In this document: positions 24,755 to 24,813 of the stretch, piece by piece | How the letters are laid out: each line of letters opens with the position of its first letter | Numbering within the stretch: position 1 is the first letter of the stretch | DNA from: Patescibacteria group bacterium | GTDB taxonomy: Bacteria > Patescibacteriota > Minisyncoccia > UBA6257 > 02-FULL-45-10c | Reading direction: 5' to 3' | Assembly (NCBI GenBank): GCA_038078395.1 | Contig: JBBUBH010000030.1 | Span: 1-24,813 of the forward strand | DNA length: 24,813 nucleotides | Translations under genes and position numbers: made by a program | Notes under the pieces: generated by a model | What the model saw: only the letters and a program-made list of their open reading frames with translations | What the model was told of the DNA's origin: nothing | Database searches by the model: none

Positions 24755-24813
24755 GGGCTGATTTTTCTTTCTTGCTAGGCAATTTTGGTAAAGCAGGCTG
24801 TGGGCGATGGAAA

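Noticed and set aside
1-24813. CRISPR array
   Set aside because: The repeats are dispersed or short-period. There is no series of identical 25-45-bp repeats with unique spacers, and no cas genes.
24755-24813. 3' end of a convergent minus-strand gene at the window edge
   Set aside because: Likely, given the terminator, but only about a dozen codons are visible, so the frame and product cannot be assigned.

Overview
Bacterial chromosomal window, most likely Patescibacteria/CPR (Parcubacteria-like). This taxonomy is inferred from the compact HrcA, the separate secD/secF, the sigma70-r4/HARE-HTH + membrane protein + VirB4/TraG-like ATPase cluster, an EF-P with an MQQRK loop and widespread leaderless genes. 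Core genes: dnaB (partial), cysS, corA-like, hrcA-grpE-dnaK, dnaJ, SGNH hydrolase, tRNA-Lys(UUU), cyclophilin, secD, secF, efp and an NTP-transferase. An AT-rich accessory island between dnaK and dnaJ holds a truncated DpnI, a Fic toxin with its inhibitory antitoxin, an NYN RNase, a kinase-like protein, a His-phosphatase and small ORFs, with a short repeated motif at several gene boundaries. The most unusual content is non-coding. (1) Four copies of a covarying multi-stem element with a ~100-bp core, each directly after a stop codon. (2) Three copies of a MITE-like element with 4-bp target duplications, two of them 137 bp and inserted at start codons. (3) Inverted 7-bp-periodic arrays. (4) A REP-like palindrome inside the dnaK coding sequence. 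No transposase, integrase, CRISPR array or rRNA was seen. All alignments and folds were done by eye, and protein calls rest on recalled motifs, not database searches.
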